A stretch of 50,553 nucleotides of DNA from an uncultured Syntrophaceae bacterium (GTDB taxonomy: Bacteria; Desulfobacterota; Syntrophia; Syntrophales; UBA2192), in contig CAZJPV010000015.1 of NCBI GenBank assembly GCA_964547985.1, positions 1 to 50,553 on the forward strand, written 5' to 3'. Positions 1 to 9,096 of the stretch are shown in pieces. The translations under genes and the position numbers were made by a program. Under the pieces are notes generated by a model that saw nothing but the letters and a program-made list of their open reading frames with translations, had not been told where the DNA came from and ran no database searches. The number at the start of each line of letters is the position of its first letter. Position 1 is the stretch's first letter.

Positions 1-1662
1 CTCAAGCCCCGTTACGAGGAAAAGACGGCCCCCTGCAGTGCAGCCTGCCCTGCCGGTGAGGACATCGCCCGGGTGGAGATCCTGACCACGCAGGGGATGT
101 TCAAGGAGGCCTGGCAGACCATCCTGCGGGAAAATCCCTTTCCCGCCGTCTGCGGCCGGGTCTGTTACCATCCCTGTGAGAGCCGCTGCAACCGAGGCGA
201 GTTCGACGAGGCCATTGCTATTCACAATATCGAGCGGTTTCTCGCCGACACGGCGGGTCGGGATGAATTGAAGCCCTCCTTGGAGCGCCTTCCGTCGAAA
301 AAGCAAAAGATCGCCGTCGTCGGGGCCGGACCTTCCGGCCTTTCTGCGGCCTACTTTCTTGCCCTCCTCGGGTATGGCTGTGATGTCTTTGAAGCGTCAG
401 AGGAGCCGGGCGGAATACTGCGCTGGGGGATCCCCCTGTACCGCCTCCCCCTGGCGGCACTGAGGAGAGAAGTGGCTCAGATACAGGGGCTGGGCGTCCG
501 GATCTTCACGGGAAAGACCCTTTCGAAAGGCTTCATCGATGAGGCAAAGGGGCGTTACGATGCCGTTTTTATCGGCTGCGGGCATTATCGATCGGGGGAC
601 ATCGGGGTCCCAGGGGAAAATCTCGAGGGTGTCGAGGACGGCCTTAAATTCCTTCAGAAAATGCGCAAGGGCGACCGGGTGACGCTGGAGAGCCCCGTGG
701 CCGTCATCGGCGGGGGCAACTCCGCCGTCGACGTTGCCCGCTGCGCCGTCCGGCTTGGCGGTCGGGCGATCATCGTTTACCGCCGCCGCCGCCAGGATAT
801 GCCCGCCTTTCCGGATGAGGTGGACAGTGCCCTCGAGGAGGGCGTGGAGCTCATGGAGCTTCTTGCACCGGCGAAGGTGGAGCGTGACGGAAAAGACCTG
901 GTCCTGCATGTACGGCGGATGAAGGTCACCGGCCAGGATGAGAAGGGCAGGGGCATCGTCGCGCCTGACGGGAGGAAGACGGACAAAATCCGTGTGCGCC
1001 GGATCTTCAGCGCCATCGGTGAAGGTCCGGAGGCGCCCTGGCTTCAGCCCCCGAAAGGCGAGAAGTCCGCCGTAGTCCTTGAGAATTGTTTGTTGCTCCC
1101 GCGCGGGAAGGATCCCGTCGTCCTATACGGTGGCGATCTCACGGCGGCAATCAAAAGTGTTGTCAACGCCGTTGCCTCCGGGAAGGAGGCGGCCATAGCC
1201 CTCGATACTCTATTCCGCGAGGGGCCGAAGGCCGTCGAGAACGTGCTGAAAAACGTCAGGGTGGGCGGCGGCCCGGCCCTTTCCATGGAGGCCTATCTGA
1301 AAGGCCCTCGAGGCGAGAGAAGTCCCCATGTGGTGGCTTATTCGGAGATCAACCAGGACTACTTCCAGTTGGCCCGCCGCCTCAGTCAGCCGAGGCTTCT
1401 CATCGTTGAGCGGCGTCGCACCTTCGAGGAGGTGGAACTCCGGGTGTCCGCAAACATTGCCATCCGGGAGGCCGAGCGCTGCTTCCATTGCGGGCTCTGT
1501 GATCAATGCGACAACTGTTTTTACTTCTGCCCGGATCTCGCTGTCATCCGCGACGACGGGGTTCACAGGCGCAGCATCAACTATGACTACTGCAAGGGTT
1601 GCGGGGTCTGCGTGGTCGAATGCCCCCGCAATGCCATGGCCCTCGAGGAGGAAAAATTATGA
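1..1662 (+). CDS. GltD-like NAD(P)H-dependent flavin oxidoreductase (glutamate synthase small-subunit family) with C-terminal 2x[4Fe-4S] ferredoxin domain; 5' end cut by window edge
   Basis: Frame 1 is open from base 1 (LKPRYEEKTAPCSAACPAGEDI...). N-terminal Cys cluster CGRVCYHPCESRC. Dinucleotide-binding motif KIAVVGAGPSGLSAAY and second GGGNSAVD motif. C-terminal CFHCGLCDQCDNCFYFCP and CKGCGVCVVECP ferredoxin motifs. Confidence 0.8.
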   Translation, partial: LKPRYEEKTAPCSAACPAGEDIARVEILTTQGMFKEAWQTILRENPFPAVCGRVCYHPCESRCNRGEFDEAIAIHNIERFLADTAGRDELKPSLERLPSKKQKIAVVGAGPSGLSAAYFLALLGYGCDVFEASEEPGGILRWGIPLYRLPLAALRREVAQIQGLGVRIFTGKTLSKGFIDEAKGRYDAVFIGCGHYRSGDIGVPGENLEGVEDGLKFLQKMRKGDRVTLESPVAVIGGGNSAVDVARCAVRLGGRAIIVYRRRRQDMPAFPDEVDSALEEGVELMELLAPAKVERDGKDLVLHVRRMKVTGQDEKGRGIVAPDGRKTDKIRVRRIFSAIGEGPEAPWLQPPKGEKSAVVLENCLLLPRGKDPVVLYGGDLTAAIKSVVNAVASGKEAAIALDTLFREGPKAVENVLKNVRVGGGPALSMEAYLKGPRGERSPHVVAYSEINQDYFQLARRLSQPRLLIVERRRTFEEVELRVSANIAIREAERCFHCGLCDQCDNCFYFCPDLAVIRDDGVHRRSINYDYCKGCGVCVVECPRNAMALEEEKL

Positions 1663-2843
1663 AAAAAGTCCTGGAAGGCAGCCAGGCCGTGGCAGAGGCC
1701 GTCCGCCTTGCCGGCGTGGGCGTCATATCGGCCTACCCTATCACGCCGCAGACGCACATCGTGGAGCAGCTTTCGACCTACTGCGCCGACGGGACGATGA
1801 ATGCCAAGTTCCTGCGCGTAGAAAGCGAACACTCGGCCCTGGCGGCCCTGATCGGATCGGCGACGAGCGGCATCCGGACCTTCACCGCCACCTCCGGGCA
1901 GGGACTTGCCCTCATGCACGAGATTCTCCACTGGACGTCGGGTGCAAGGCTTCCCATCGTCATGGCCGAGGTGAACCGGGCGCTGGCCCCCGGATGGAAC
2001 ATATGGGTCGACCAGACGGACAGCCTGGCGCAGCGCGACACGGGCTGGATCCAGTTCTACTGCGAAAACGGCCAGGAGACGCTTGATACCACCCTCCAGG
2101 CCTACCGGTTGGCGGAGCTTGTGAATCTGCCCGTCATGGTCGTCCTCGACGCCTTCTACCTCTCCCACACCTACGAGCCCGTGGACGTCCCGGACCAGAA
2201 GAAGGTGGACCGGTTCCTTCCGCCCTACGCGCCCAAGTTCCAGGCGGACACGAAAAACCCATGCGCCTTCGGGCCCCTCGTGGCGCCGGACAACTACATG
2301 GAGATGCGCTACGACATCGCCCGGGCCATGGACGACACCCTCGAGAGGTTTCCCCAGGTGGAGGATGAATACGCCCGGCTTTTCGGCCGGCGCTACGGGG
2401 CGATGGAGCCGGTCATGTGCAGGGACGCCGACATTGTTTTGTTGACTTCGGGAACGGTGACGAGCACTACCCGCCTGGTCGTGAAAAATCTAAGAAAGAA
2501 AGGGGAGAAGGCCGGGCTTCTGAAACTGAAGATGTTAAGGCCCTTCCCCGTTGAGGAGGTGCGCGAGGCTCTGAAAGGCGCCAAAAAAGTTGCCGTCATC
2601 GACCGCAATTTCTCCTTCGGTGCGAGCGGCATCTTCGCCCAGGAACTCAGGGCCGCGCTCTGCAATCTGCCGAAGCACCCGCTCGTTTTCGGGTATATTG
2701 CCGGCATCGGCGGACGGGACGTCACGCCGGCACTCATCGAGGATGTTTACTGGAAGACCAAGAAAAACAAATTACCGGACAAGGAAAGCGTCTGGATGGG
2801 GCTCAAGGAGGTCCGCGATGCAGCTCGACGTTCAGGATCGTGA
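1659..2843 (+). CDS. 2-oxoacid:ferredoxin oxidoreductase alpha subunit (Por/Kor/Vor family, substrate unassigned)
   Basis: ATG at 1659 overlaps the upstream stop (ATGA). N-terminus MKKVLEGSQAVAEAVRLAGVGVISAYPITPQT is typical of OFOR alpha subunits. Internal-ATG start chosen over the ORF-track start at 1599. Confidence 0.85.
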   Translation: MKKVLEGSQAVAEAVRLAGVGVISAYPITPQTHIVEQLSTYCADGTMNAKFLRVESEHSALAALIGSATSGIRTFTATSGQGLALMHEILHWTSGARLPIVMAEVNRALAPGWNIWVDQTDSLAQRDTGWIQFYCENGQETLDTTLQAYRLAELVNLPVMVVLDAFYLSHTYEPVDVPDQKKVDRFLPPYAPKFQADTKNPCAFGPLVAPDNYMEMRYDIARAMDDTLERFPQVEDEYARLFGRRYGAMEPVMCRDADIVLLTSGTVTSTTRLVVKNLRKKGEKAGLLKLKMLRPFPVEEVREALKGAKKVAVIDRNFSFGASGIFAQELRAALCNLPKHPLVFGYIAGIGGRDVTPALIEDVYWKTKKNKLPDKESVWMGLKEVRDAARRSGS

Positions 2844-3699
2844 ATATATGTATTCAGGGCACGTGGCCTGTCCCGGCTGCGGGGCGGCCGTTGCCATGAG
2901 GTTTCTCTTAAAGGCCCTCGGGGACAAGGTCATCATGGTTTTACCGGCCTGCTGCTGGTCCATCATCGCGGGACCCTATCCGCAGTCGACGCTGCGCATC
3001 CCCGTGATTCACAGCGCCTTCGAGACCGGCGGTGCCGTGGCCAGCGGCGTGCGGGCGGCCCTGGACATGAAGGGCGACAAGGAAACGACGGTCGTCACCT
3101 GGGCGGGCGACGGCGGGACCTTCGACATCGGCTTCCAGGCCTTGAGCGGCGCCGTGGAGCGTAACGAGGATTTCATCTACGTCTGTTACGACAATGAGGC
3201 CTACATGAACACGGGGGTCCAGCGAAGCTCCTCCACCCCCTACGGGGCCTGGACCACGACGACACCCGGCACGGAGTGGAAGAAGATGCGGAAGAAAAAC
3301 ATCGTCGAAGCCCTGGTGGCCCATCGAATCCCCTATGCGGCCACGGCCAACATCGCCTTCCTCGAGGATCTGACCCGGAAGGTGAAGAAGGCCAAGGAGA
3401 CGAAAGGGTCGAGATTTCTCCACATCTACGCGAGCTGTCCCACCGGGTGGAAACTCCCCTCGGAGATGGCCATCAAGATCGCACGGATGGCTGTGCAGAC
3501 CAACATCTTCCCCCTCTACGAGGTGGAGGGTGGTATCAAGTACACGATCAATTACAAGCCCAAGGAATACCCCGTCAGGGAATATTTCAAGCTCCAGGGG
3601 CGTTTCAGCCACCTCACGGACAAGGACCTGGCTCAGATCCAGGAGATGGTGAACGAGGACTGGGAGATGCTGTTGCGCAAAGCGGGCGAACATTCTTAG
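2818..3699 (+). CDS. 2-oxoacid:ferredoxin oxidoreductase beta subunit (TPP-binding)
   Basis: ATG at 2818 overlaps the end of the alpha gene. CPGCG Cys motif near N-terminus. TPP-binding GDG motif WAGDGGTFDIGFQALSGAVERNEDFIYVCYDNEAYMNTG. Confidence 0.85.
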   Translation: MQLDVQDREYMYSGHVACPGCGAAVAMRFLLKALGDKVIMVLPACCWSIIAGPYPQSTLRIPVIHSAFETGGAVASGVRAALDMKGDKETTVVTWAGDGGTFDIGFQALSGAVERNEDFIYVCYDNEAYMNTGVQRSSSTPYGAWTTTTPGTEWKKMRKKNIVEALVAHRIPYAATANIAFLEDLTRKVKKAKETKGSRFLHIYASCPTGWKLPSEMAIKIARMAVQTNIFPLYEVEGGIKYTINYKPKEYPVREYFKLQGRFSHLTDKDLAQIQEMVNEDWEMLLRKAGEHS

Positions 3700-3792
3700 C
3701 GGCCTGTTGAAAAACGGCCATCTGCGGCGTTTCCCTCATTCCTCGTCCCTGCGGCGTACCCATACAGTACGCCTCAGTCCTCGGAATTCGGG

Positions 3793-3814
3793 GGCCTTGC
3801 ATGTGGCCATTTTT
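3793..3814 (+). terminator. weak candidate intrinsic terminator after the OFOR genes
   Basis: GGCC-ttgcatgt-GGCC stem followed by ATTTTT. The stem is only 4 bp. A separate perfect 7-bp hairpin GGCGTAC-ccataca-GTACGCC lies at 3753-3773. Confidence 0.25.
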
Positions 3815-3908
3815 GAACAGCCCGGTCGGGACAAGCGGCGTTGCCACGGGTACAGGGTATGGGTTAGCAAGCAAGGGACCCTAAACCCGATACCCGAGAA
3901 GATTAAAT

Positions 3909-4187
3909 ATGGGAATGAAGCCGGAGATGATAAAGAAGATCGACGCCATCCTGGAGAGGGTGAAGGATCCCGAGAGTGACCTCCCCGTGGCGCAGCTGGG
4001 GCTCGTGCAGCGGGTCCGTTACAACGAAGAGAAGAAGAAAATGTACATCTTCACGAATCTCAACGAACATGTCCCGAAGTGCAGCACCTGCCGGTTCATC
4101 GCCGCCGCCGTCGTCGCGAGAATCACCAGGGATCTCGAGACGGCCTTCAAAGCGGAATTCCCCGATCTTTCGGTGGAGTTCGTCTGA
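3909..4187 (+). CDS. hypothetical small protein (92 aa)
   Basis: ORF in a 570-bp gap between genes. Plausible protein-like composition (IDAILERVKDPESDLPVAQLGLVQRV...). Possibly a DUF59/MIP18-like fold; not recognised with certainty. Confidence 0.4.
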   Translation: MGMKPEMIKKIDAILERVKDPESDLPVAQLGLVQRVRYNEEKKKMYIFTNLNEHVPKCSTCRFIAAAVVARITRDLETAFKAEFPDLSVEFV

Positions 4188-4269
4188 TAACCGTTGCAAG
4201 GAATACCGAAAGAGGGCCGGCAAACCCCATCAGGGTGTACCGGCCCTCTTCTTTAAGATCACCCCCGGA

Positions 4270-5193
4270 TTATTTTTTCTTCATGAGGGCTTTGTATACC
4301 CGGTCGTGCAGCGGTGTGGCGATGCCCAGCTCCTTCCCGGACTGCGTGATATATTCCATGAAGATGTCGATCTCGATGGGGTTTCCCTTTTCGTAGTCCC
4401 GCTGCATGGAGGTCTTCGTGGCGAAGGGGAATCCGGACACCTTTCCAATGGAGGTTTCAACGATGTCGGGAGGCAGATTCACGCCCCTTGCCCGCGCTAC
4501 CGCCTCGATCTCGCGAAGGAGCCCCTCGAGCATCTTGAGGTTCCCGGGGTCTTCGAGGATTTCCCCGAAGGTTTTTCCGAGCATGGAAGTCAGTCCGGCC
4601 AGGGGGCCTACGAAGATGTATTTCGTCCAGATCGGGACGGCAATGTCGGCCGTGAGCTCCGCCTTGATGCCGGCCTTCTTCAGGAGGTCTTCGATAGGGC
4701 GGTACTTTTCGACCTGGGCGTTGTCATCAGGCCCGAAGATGAGCTGGCATGAACCGCCTGCCTGCCGGACTTCGCCTGGTGCAATGATGTTGGAACCGAT
4801 ATAGACGGTGCCCCTGATCACATTGCCACGGGGGAGTGCCGCCCTCAATCGTTCGGTGATGTTCACGCCGTTCAGTAGGGGAATGACAGCGGTTTTTTCA
4901 TGGATGTTGCCCGAGATCATCCGGGCCGCCTCCTCGAGGCCGTAACTCTTGACGCAGAAAAGGACAAAGTCAAGCCTGCCGATCTCGAGGGGGTTGTCCG
5001 TGGCCAGGGTGGGAAGGGCTGTATATTCACCGTCGACGGTGATGAGCTTAAGCCCCTTTTTACGGATAGCCTTCAGATGATCGCCCCGGGCGATGAAAAT
5101 GATTTCATGTTCCCGGGAAGGGCCGTATTTGAGCGCGAGTTTCCCGCCGTAGTAACCGCCGATACCCCCGATACCTACGATTCCGATTCTCAT
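4270..5193 (-). CDS. panE: 2-dehydropantoate 2-reductase (ketopantoate reductase)
   Basis: Start chosen at MRIGIVGIGGIGGYYGG (Rossmann GxGxxG). Upstream in-frame extension is GC-skewed and lacks an RBS. Family-typical length of about 307 aa. Confidence 0.75.
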   Translation of the reverse strand: MRIGIVGIGGIGGYYGGKLALKYGPSREHEIIFIARGDHLKAIRKKGLKLITVDGEYTALPTLATDNPLEIGRLDFVLFCVKSYGLEEAARMISGNIHEKTAVIPLLNGVNITERLRAALPRGNVIRGTVYIGSNIIAPGEVRQAGGSCQLIFGPDDNAQVEKYRPIEDLLKKAGIKAELTADIAVPIWTKYIFVGPLAGLTSMLGKTFGEILEDPGNLKMLEGLLREIEAVARARGVNLPPDIVETSIGKVSGFPFATKTSMQRDYEKGNPIEIDIFMEYITQSGKELGIATPLHDRVYKALMKKK

Positions 5194-5236
5194 GGCTGAA
5201 CGTTTCTCCTTTCTTCCATTTCTTGAAATGGCCGGG

Positions 5237-6022
5237 CTATGACGAAACAACGGGCCGGTTTGTGCTCAGATGCCGGCCGCCGTCCACGGGGAGGATGATC
5301 CCTGTGACCCAGGAGCTTTGATCCGAGGCCAGGAAGAGGGCCGCTTCGGCGATGTCCGCCGGCTTCCCGTTGCGTCCCAGGGGATGGAGGGGGCGCATGG
5401 TGTTGTAAAAGTCCGGGACCTTCTCGCCGAAAATGGGGGTGGCCAGTTCCGTGTCCTCGACCACGGCGGGACAGATCAGGTTGACACGAATCTTCTCCGG
5501 GGCTGTCTCCATGGCCATGACCTGGGAGAGGGACTGGAGGGCCGCCTTCGACGCGCAGTAGACCCCCACGCCGGGGAAGGCCTTGATGCCGGCAATAGAC
5601 GACAGGTTCACAATCGATCCCCCGCCCGCCTTTTTCATGTGGGGCAGGGCGGCAACCATCAGGCGCCACGGGGCGAAGACGTTGATCTTCATCGTGATAT
5701 CCCACATCCCGGGGTCACTTTCCGTCAGGGTTCCGAACCTCATGATGCCGGCGTTGTTGACGAGGATGTTAAGCCTCCCTGTTTTTTTCGCGACAAAAGA
5801 CATGAGCCTTTCGATATCGCTCTCAACGGTAACATCGGCGCGGATCCACGAGAAGAGATCCTTGTTTTTCTCTATGCCGGCAGCGGCCTCCCGGAGTTTG
5901 TCCTCACGCCGCCCGCAGATGACGACGTAGGCCCCTTCCTGGTGAAAGCGTCTTGCGATGGCAAGCCCGATACCCGTGCCGCCGCCGGTAACGATGGCTG
6001 TTTTCCCTTCCAGAAGCCCCAT
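5237..6022 (-). CDS. SDR-family short-chain dehydrogenase/reductase
   Basis: TGGGTGIG cofactor motif. NNAG motif. Catalytic S...YxxxK (YCASKAAL). Confidence 0.85.
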   Translation of the reverse strand: MGLLEGKTAIVTGGGTGIGLAIARRFHQEGAYVVICGRREDKLREAAAGIEKNKDLFSWIRADVTVESDIERLMSFVAKKTGRLNILVNNAGIMRFGTLTESDPGMWDITMKINVFAPWRLMVAALPHMKKAGGGSIVNLSSIAGIKAFPGVGVYCASKAALQSLSQVMAMETAPEKIRVNLICPAVVEDTELATPIFGEKVPDFYNTMRPLHPLGRNGKPADIAEAALFLASDQSSWVTGIILPVDGGRHLSTNRPVVSS

Positions 6023-6123
6023 GAGTCCCTCCTTTTGTTTCCGGCATTTCCAATCATTATAACAGAAGGGGATGACCTTAGAAATTGAAAACTGGATGGA
6101 TGATGGAGACGTCCTCAGGTCGG

Positions 6124-6963
6124 CTACTTCCCCATCAAACCTTCTTCCGCCAGGAAGGAAAAAACCGCATCGGCAAATCCGTCAGGGTTATCCGTGAGCA
6201 CGGGGTGGGCGGACTTCCGGATCTCCACGAACCGTCCCCTCGGCATGGCACGGCTCATCTCCCGGGCGACCTCCGCCCCCATGACCCGGCTTTCCTCGCC
6301 CCGGATCACGAGGGCGGGGCAACGAATGTCCGGAAGGTGGGGCCGCAGGTCATACCGAGGGTCAAAGTGGCGGAGGAGTTCCCGGTCGTATAGACATCGG
6401 AAACGGCCTTTCTCATCACGGAAGAGGGCTTTGGCGGCAAAATCCCTGAGGAGTTTCCGGTCGGCGTAGGGGCTGTTCGCCTTCATCCAGTCGACATATT
6501 CTTCGAGCGTCTCGTAGGATTGAGGAAGGTCCATGAAGAGCCCGATGAGGTATTTTTTGTTCCATGGCGGGGGAAATGCCTCGATATCCACGTGGATCAA
6601 AGCTGCCACCCACTGCGGATACAGGGAAGCCAGTCGGGTGGTGTGGAGGGCGCCCATGGAATGGCCTATGAGGATGAAATCGCGAAGCCCCAGTGCCTTG
6701 ATAAAACCCTCGAGATCGGCGACATAATCCTCGCAGCTGTATGCAGGGGGCGAGGGCCAGGTGCTCGCGCCGTGACCCCGCTGATCGGGGGCAAGGATGC
6801 GAAAAAAAGGGCGTGCCCTGCGGGCAAAGGTCTCCCAGATGTAGGCGTTGTCACCGATGCCGTGAACGAGGACGATAGTCCTGTCAGCCGTGCTTTCCCA
6901 CTCGAGGTAGTGGAGCCTGAAAGTGTCGAGAAATAGATCTCTGCTGATCGGATGGTCCGGCAT
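6124..6963 (-). CDS. alpha/beta-fold hydrolase
   Basis: Start placed at MPDHPISRDL. The upstream part of the long ORF is AT-rich and promoter-like. HGxxD oxyanion region (VLVHGIGDN). GHSMG nucleophile elbow. Confidence 0.75.
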   Translation of the reverse strand: MPDHPISRDLFLDTFRLHYLEWESTADRTIVLVHGIGDNAYIWETFARRARPFFRILAPDQRGHGASTWPSPPAYSCEDYVADLEGFIKALGLRDFILIGHSMGALHTTRLASLYPQWVAALIHVDIEAFPPPWNKKYLIGLFMDLPQSYETLEEYVDWMKANSPYADRKLLRDFAAKALFRDEKGRFRCLYDRELLRHFDPRYDLRPHLPDIRCPALVIRGEESRVMGAEVAREMSRAMPRGRFVEIRKSAHPVLTDNPDGFADAVFSFLAEEGLMGK

Positions 6964-7196
6964 CTTCCTGCTGCGCTTTTTGAGTTTATTGACGCTGAAA
7001 AACTTTCCACAAGATATCGGGATTGTCCATAGAAAAATTTCAGAGGGTTTAAACAGGTGTTTGTTTACAAAATTGTCCTTGAAATAAAGAATCGGGCTGG
7101 CATAAACTTCGCAAGAAATGGATAAAGCTGGATTTTTCAAGCGTGACATTGATAGGATTTGTTGTCGGGGAGGGCGTTTTGGCTGACGGGAAGGCA

Positions 7197-7535
7197 ATGG
7201 AGGATCATCGTCCCTGGGGTTACTTTTGCGTGATCAGTGATGAGCCCGATCACAAAGTCAAAAGGATCGTCATCCATCCCGGGAAGCGGTTGAGTCTGCA
7301 AAGACATCGCCTTCGCGCGGAGCACTGGTTCATCCTCTCCGGGGAGGTTGTGGTGACAAGGGGCAGCGATGAGATCCGTCTCGAAGCCGGGCAGTCGATC
7401 GATATCCCGAAAGGGGCCCTGCACCGTGCCATGAACCAGGGGACGGAAGACGCCGTTGTCATCGAAGTGCAAACGGGGGATTATTTCGGTGAGGACGACA
7501 TCGAACGTGTGGAAGACGATTTCGGTCGAGCGTAG
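7197..7535 (+). CDS. cupin-domain protein resembling the C-terminal cupin of type II phosphomannose isomerase / bifunctional ManC
   Basis: Cupin motifs (HPGKRLSLQRHRLRAEHWFILSGEVVV ... GALHRAMNQG). Lies 15 bp upstream of manC. Confidence 0.6.
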   Translation: MEDHRPWGYFCVISDEPDHKVKRIVIHPGKRLSLQRHRLRAEHWFILSGEVVVTRGSDEIRLEAGQSIDIPKGALHRAMNQGTEDAVVIEVQTGDYFGEDDIERVEDDFGRA

Positions 7536-7549
7536 AAAAGGACCTGTCC

Positions 7550-8638
7550 ATGGAATCGAGTGAACTCAACCTGGTTGCCACGATCATGGCCGGAGGCACG
7601 GGAACGAGATTCTGGCCCATGAGCACGAAGAATAGGCCCAAGCAGTTCTTGAAGCTCTTCGGCGAAAGGAGCCTCCTGCAGAAGAGTTATGACCGGATTC
7701 GTGACCTTTTGCCGGTCGAGAGAGTTCTCGTTCTGACTAACGCGGCCCATGTAGTGCTGGTCCGGGAGCAGTTGCCCGAACTTCCCCCCGGGAACGTCAT
7801 CGGGGAGCCCCTCAAGCGCGACACCGCTGCAGCTGTCGGACTCGCGGCGGCGCTCTGCCGGAGGCGTTTCGGAAACCCCGTTATCCTGACCCTCACGGCC
7901 GATCATTTGATTGAACCCGTCGACCTTTTTCAAAAGACCCTTCTCTCCGCGGCGGGGAAAGCCTCCGAGGACAATGTGCTCTATACCTTCGGCATCAAGC
8001 CGGATTACCCGGCCACGGGCTACGGGTATCTGGAGTTCGGCCAGCGGGTCTGCCAGGACGGCGGGATCGAGCATTTCGAGCTTGTGAGATTCAAGGAAAA
8101 ACCGGACGTGGAAACGGCGAAGAGCTATCTATCCCTGGGCAGGTTTTACTGGAACTCCGGGATGTTTGTCTGGACGGCTGACGCCATCCTGCGGGAGTTG
8201 GAGGCAAAACTCCCTAATCATTATCGGTGTATGACGGGAGCGGCTGCAAGCGACGGGACCCCGGCATGGCAAAAGGCGCTGGAGGATGCGTTCCACGAGG
8301 TTCACGCCATTTCCATCGACTACGGTGTGATGGAAAAAGCGGCTCGTGTCAGGGCCGTGGCCGCCCGATTTTCGTGGACGGACGTGGGGGGATGGCTCTC
8401 CATCGAGGCATACCTTCCGAAGGACAGGGCGGGAAACGCCTTCCGGGGTGAAATCTTCACGCTCGACAGCGGGGGGAATCTTGTCTTTTGCGAAGACGCT
8501 GATGAGCAGGTGATGCTGATCGGTCTTAAGGATCTCGTCATCGTCCGGACCGGAAAGAAGACCCTCATCATGAAGAAAGAAAAGGCCGAGGAACTCAAAA
8601 ATCTCGTCAGGGCCCTTGAAGAGAAAGAAAGCACTTAA
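7550..8638 (+). CDS. manC: mannose-1-phosphate guanylyltransferase (GDP-mannose pyrophosphorylase)
   Basis: Nucleotidyltransferase N-terminus IMAGGTGTRFWPMSTKNRPKQFL. Length and conserved blocks typical of ManC/GMP. Confidence 0.85.
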   Translation: MESSELNLVATIMAGGTGTRFWPMSTKNRPKQFLKLFGERSLLQKSYDRIRDLLPVERVLVLTNAAHVVLVREQLPELPPGNVIGEPLKRDTAAAVGLAAALCRRRFGNPVILTLTADHLIEPVDLFQKTLLSAAGKASEDNVLYTFGIKPDYPATGYGYLEFGQRVCQDGGIEHFELVRFKEKPDVETAKSYLSLGRFYWNSGMFVWTADAILRELEAKLPNHYRCMTGAAASDGTPAWQKALEDAFHEVHAISIDYGVMEKAARVRAVAARFSWTDVGGWLSIEAYLPKDRAGNAFRGEIFTLDSGGNLVFCEDADEQVMLIGLKDLVIVRTGKKTLIMKKEKAEELKNLVRALEEKEST

Positions 8639-9096
8639 GCACCGTCGCTTCAGAGGTGATAGCCTGAAAGGTTGGAAAAAATGGATTGAAAATAGAAGCA
8701 CAATGAAATTATAATAGTACATAAAAATGATTTCTTAATATATCCGAATACCTCCTTACCCTCATGGCCTCATTTCCTTTCAAGCAGTCCTGATCGATCA
8801 AAAGGAAGTATCATAAGAAATTCAGGGCCGCTTCATCAGAAAGACGCGCTGTAGGACAATAAAAAAAGTCAGCGCACTCATTCATGCCCGTACTTTGTGA
8901 TTGGATGAGGATATATGCTATCCTGTTTACTATACAGGTATCCTGATGGAAGAACTCATACTCGCTGATATCAACCTAATATCGGTTGTGCATGATGACT
9001 CGATTGTGCCCGCTGATCAAAAAAGTGGCCTGGGGGGGTCAATTTCACGCCCTGTTAGCCTGGAATACACGGGGCCTGGACAAGAAGGAGGTTATT

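Noticed and set aside
2941-3693. 250-aa minus-strand ORF
   Set aside because: Antisense to the OFOR beta subunit.
6964-7197. N-terminal 78-codon extension of the alpha/beta hydrolase ORF
   Set aside because: AT-rich, promoter-like DNA with no conservation signal. The Met at 6963 precedes the first conserved hydrolase block.
8129-8722. 197-aa minus-strand ORF
   Set aside because: Overlaps the manC 3' end and AT-rich spacer. No RBS and a biased low-complexity sequence.
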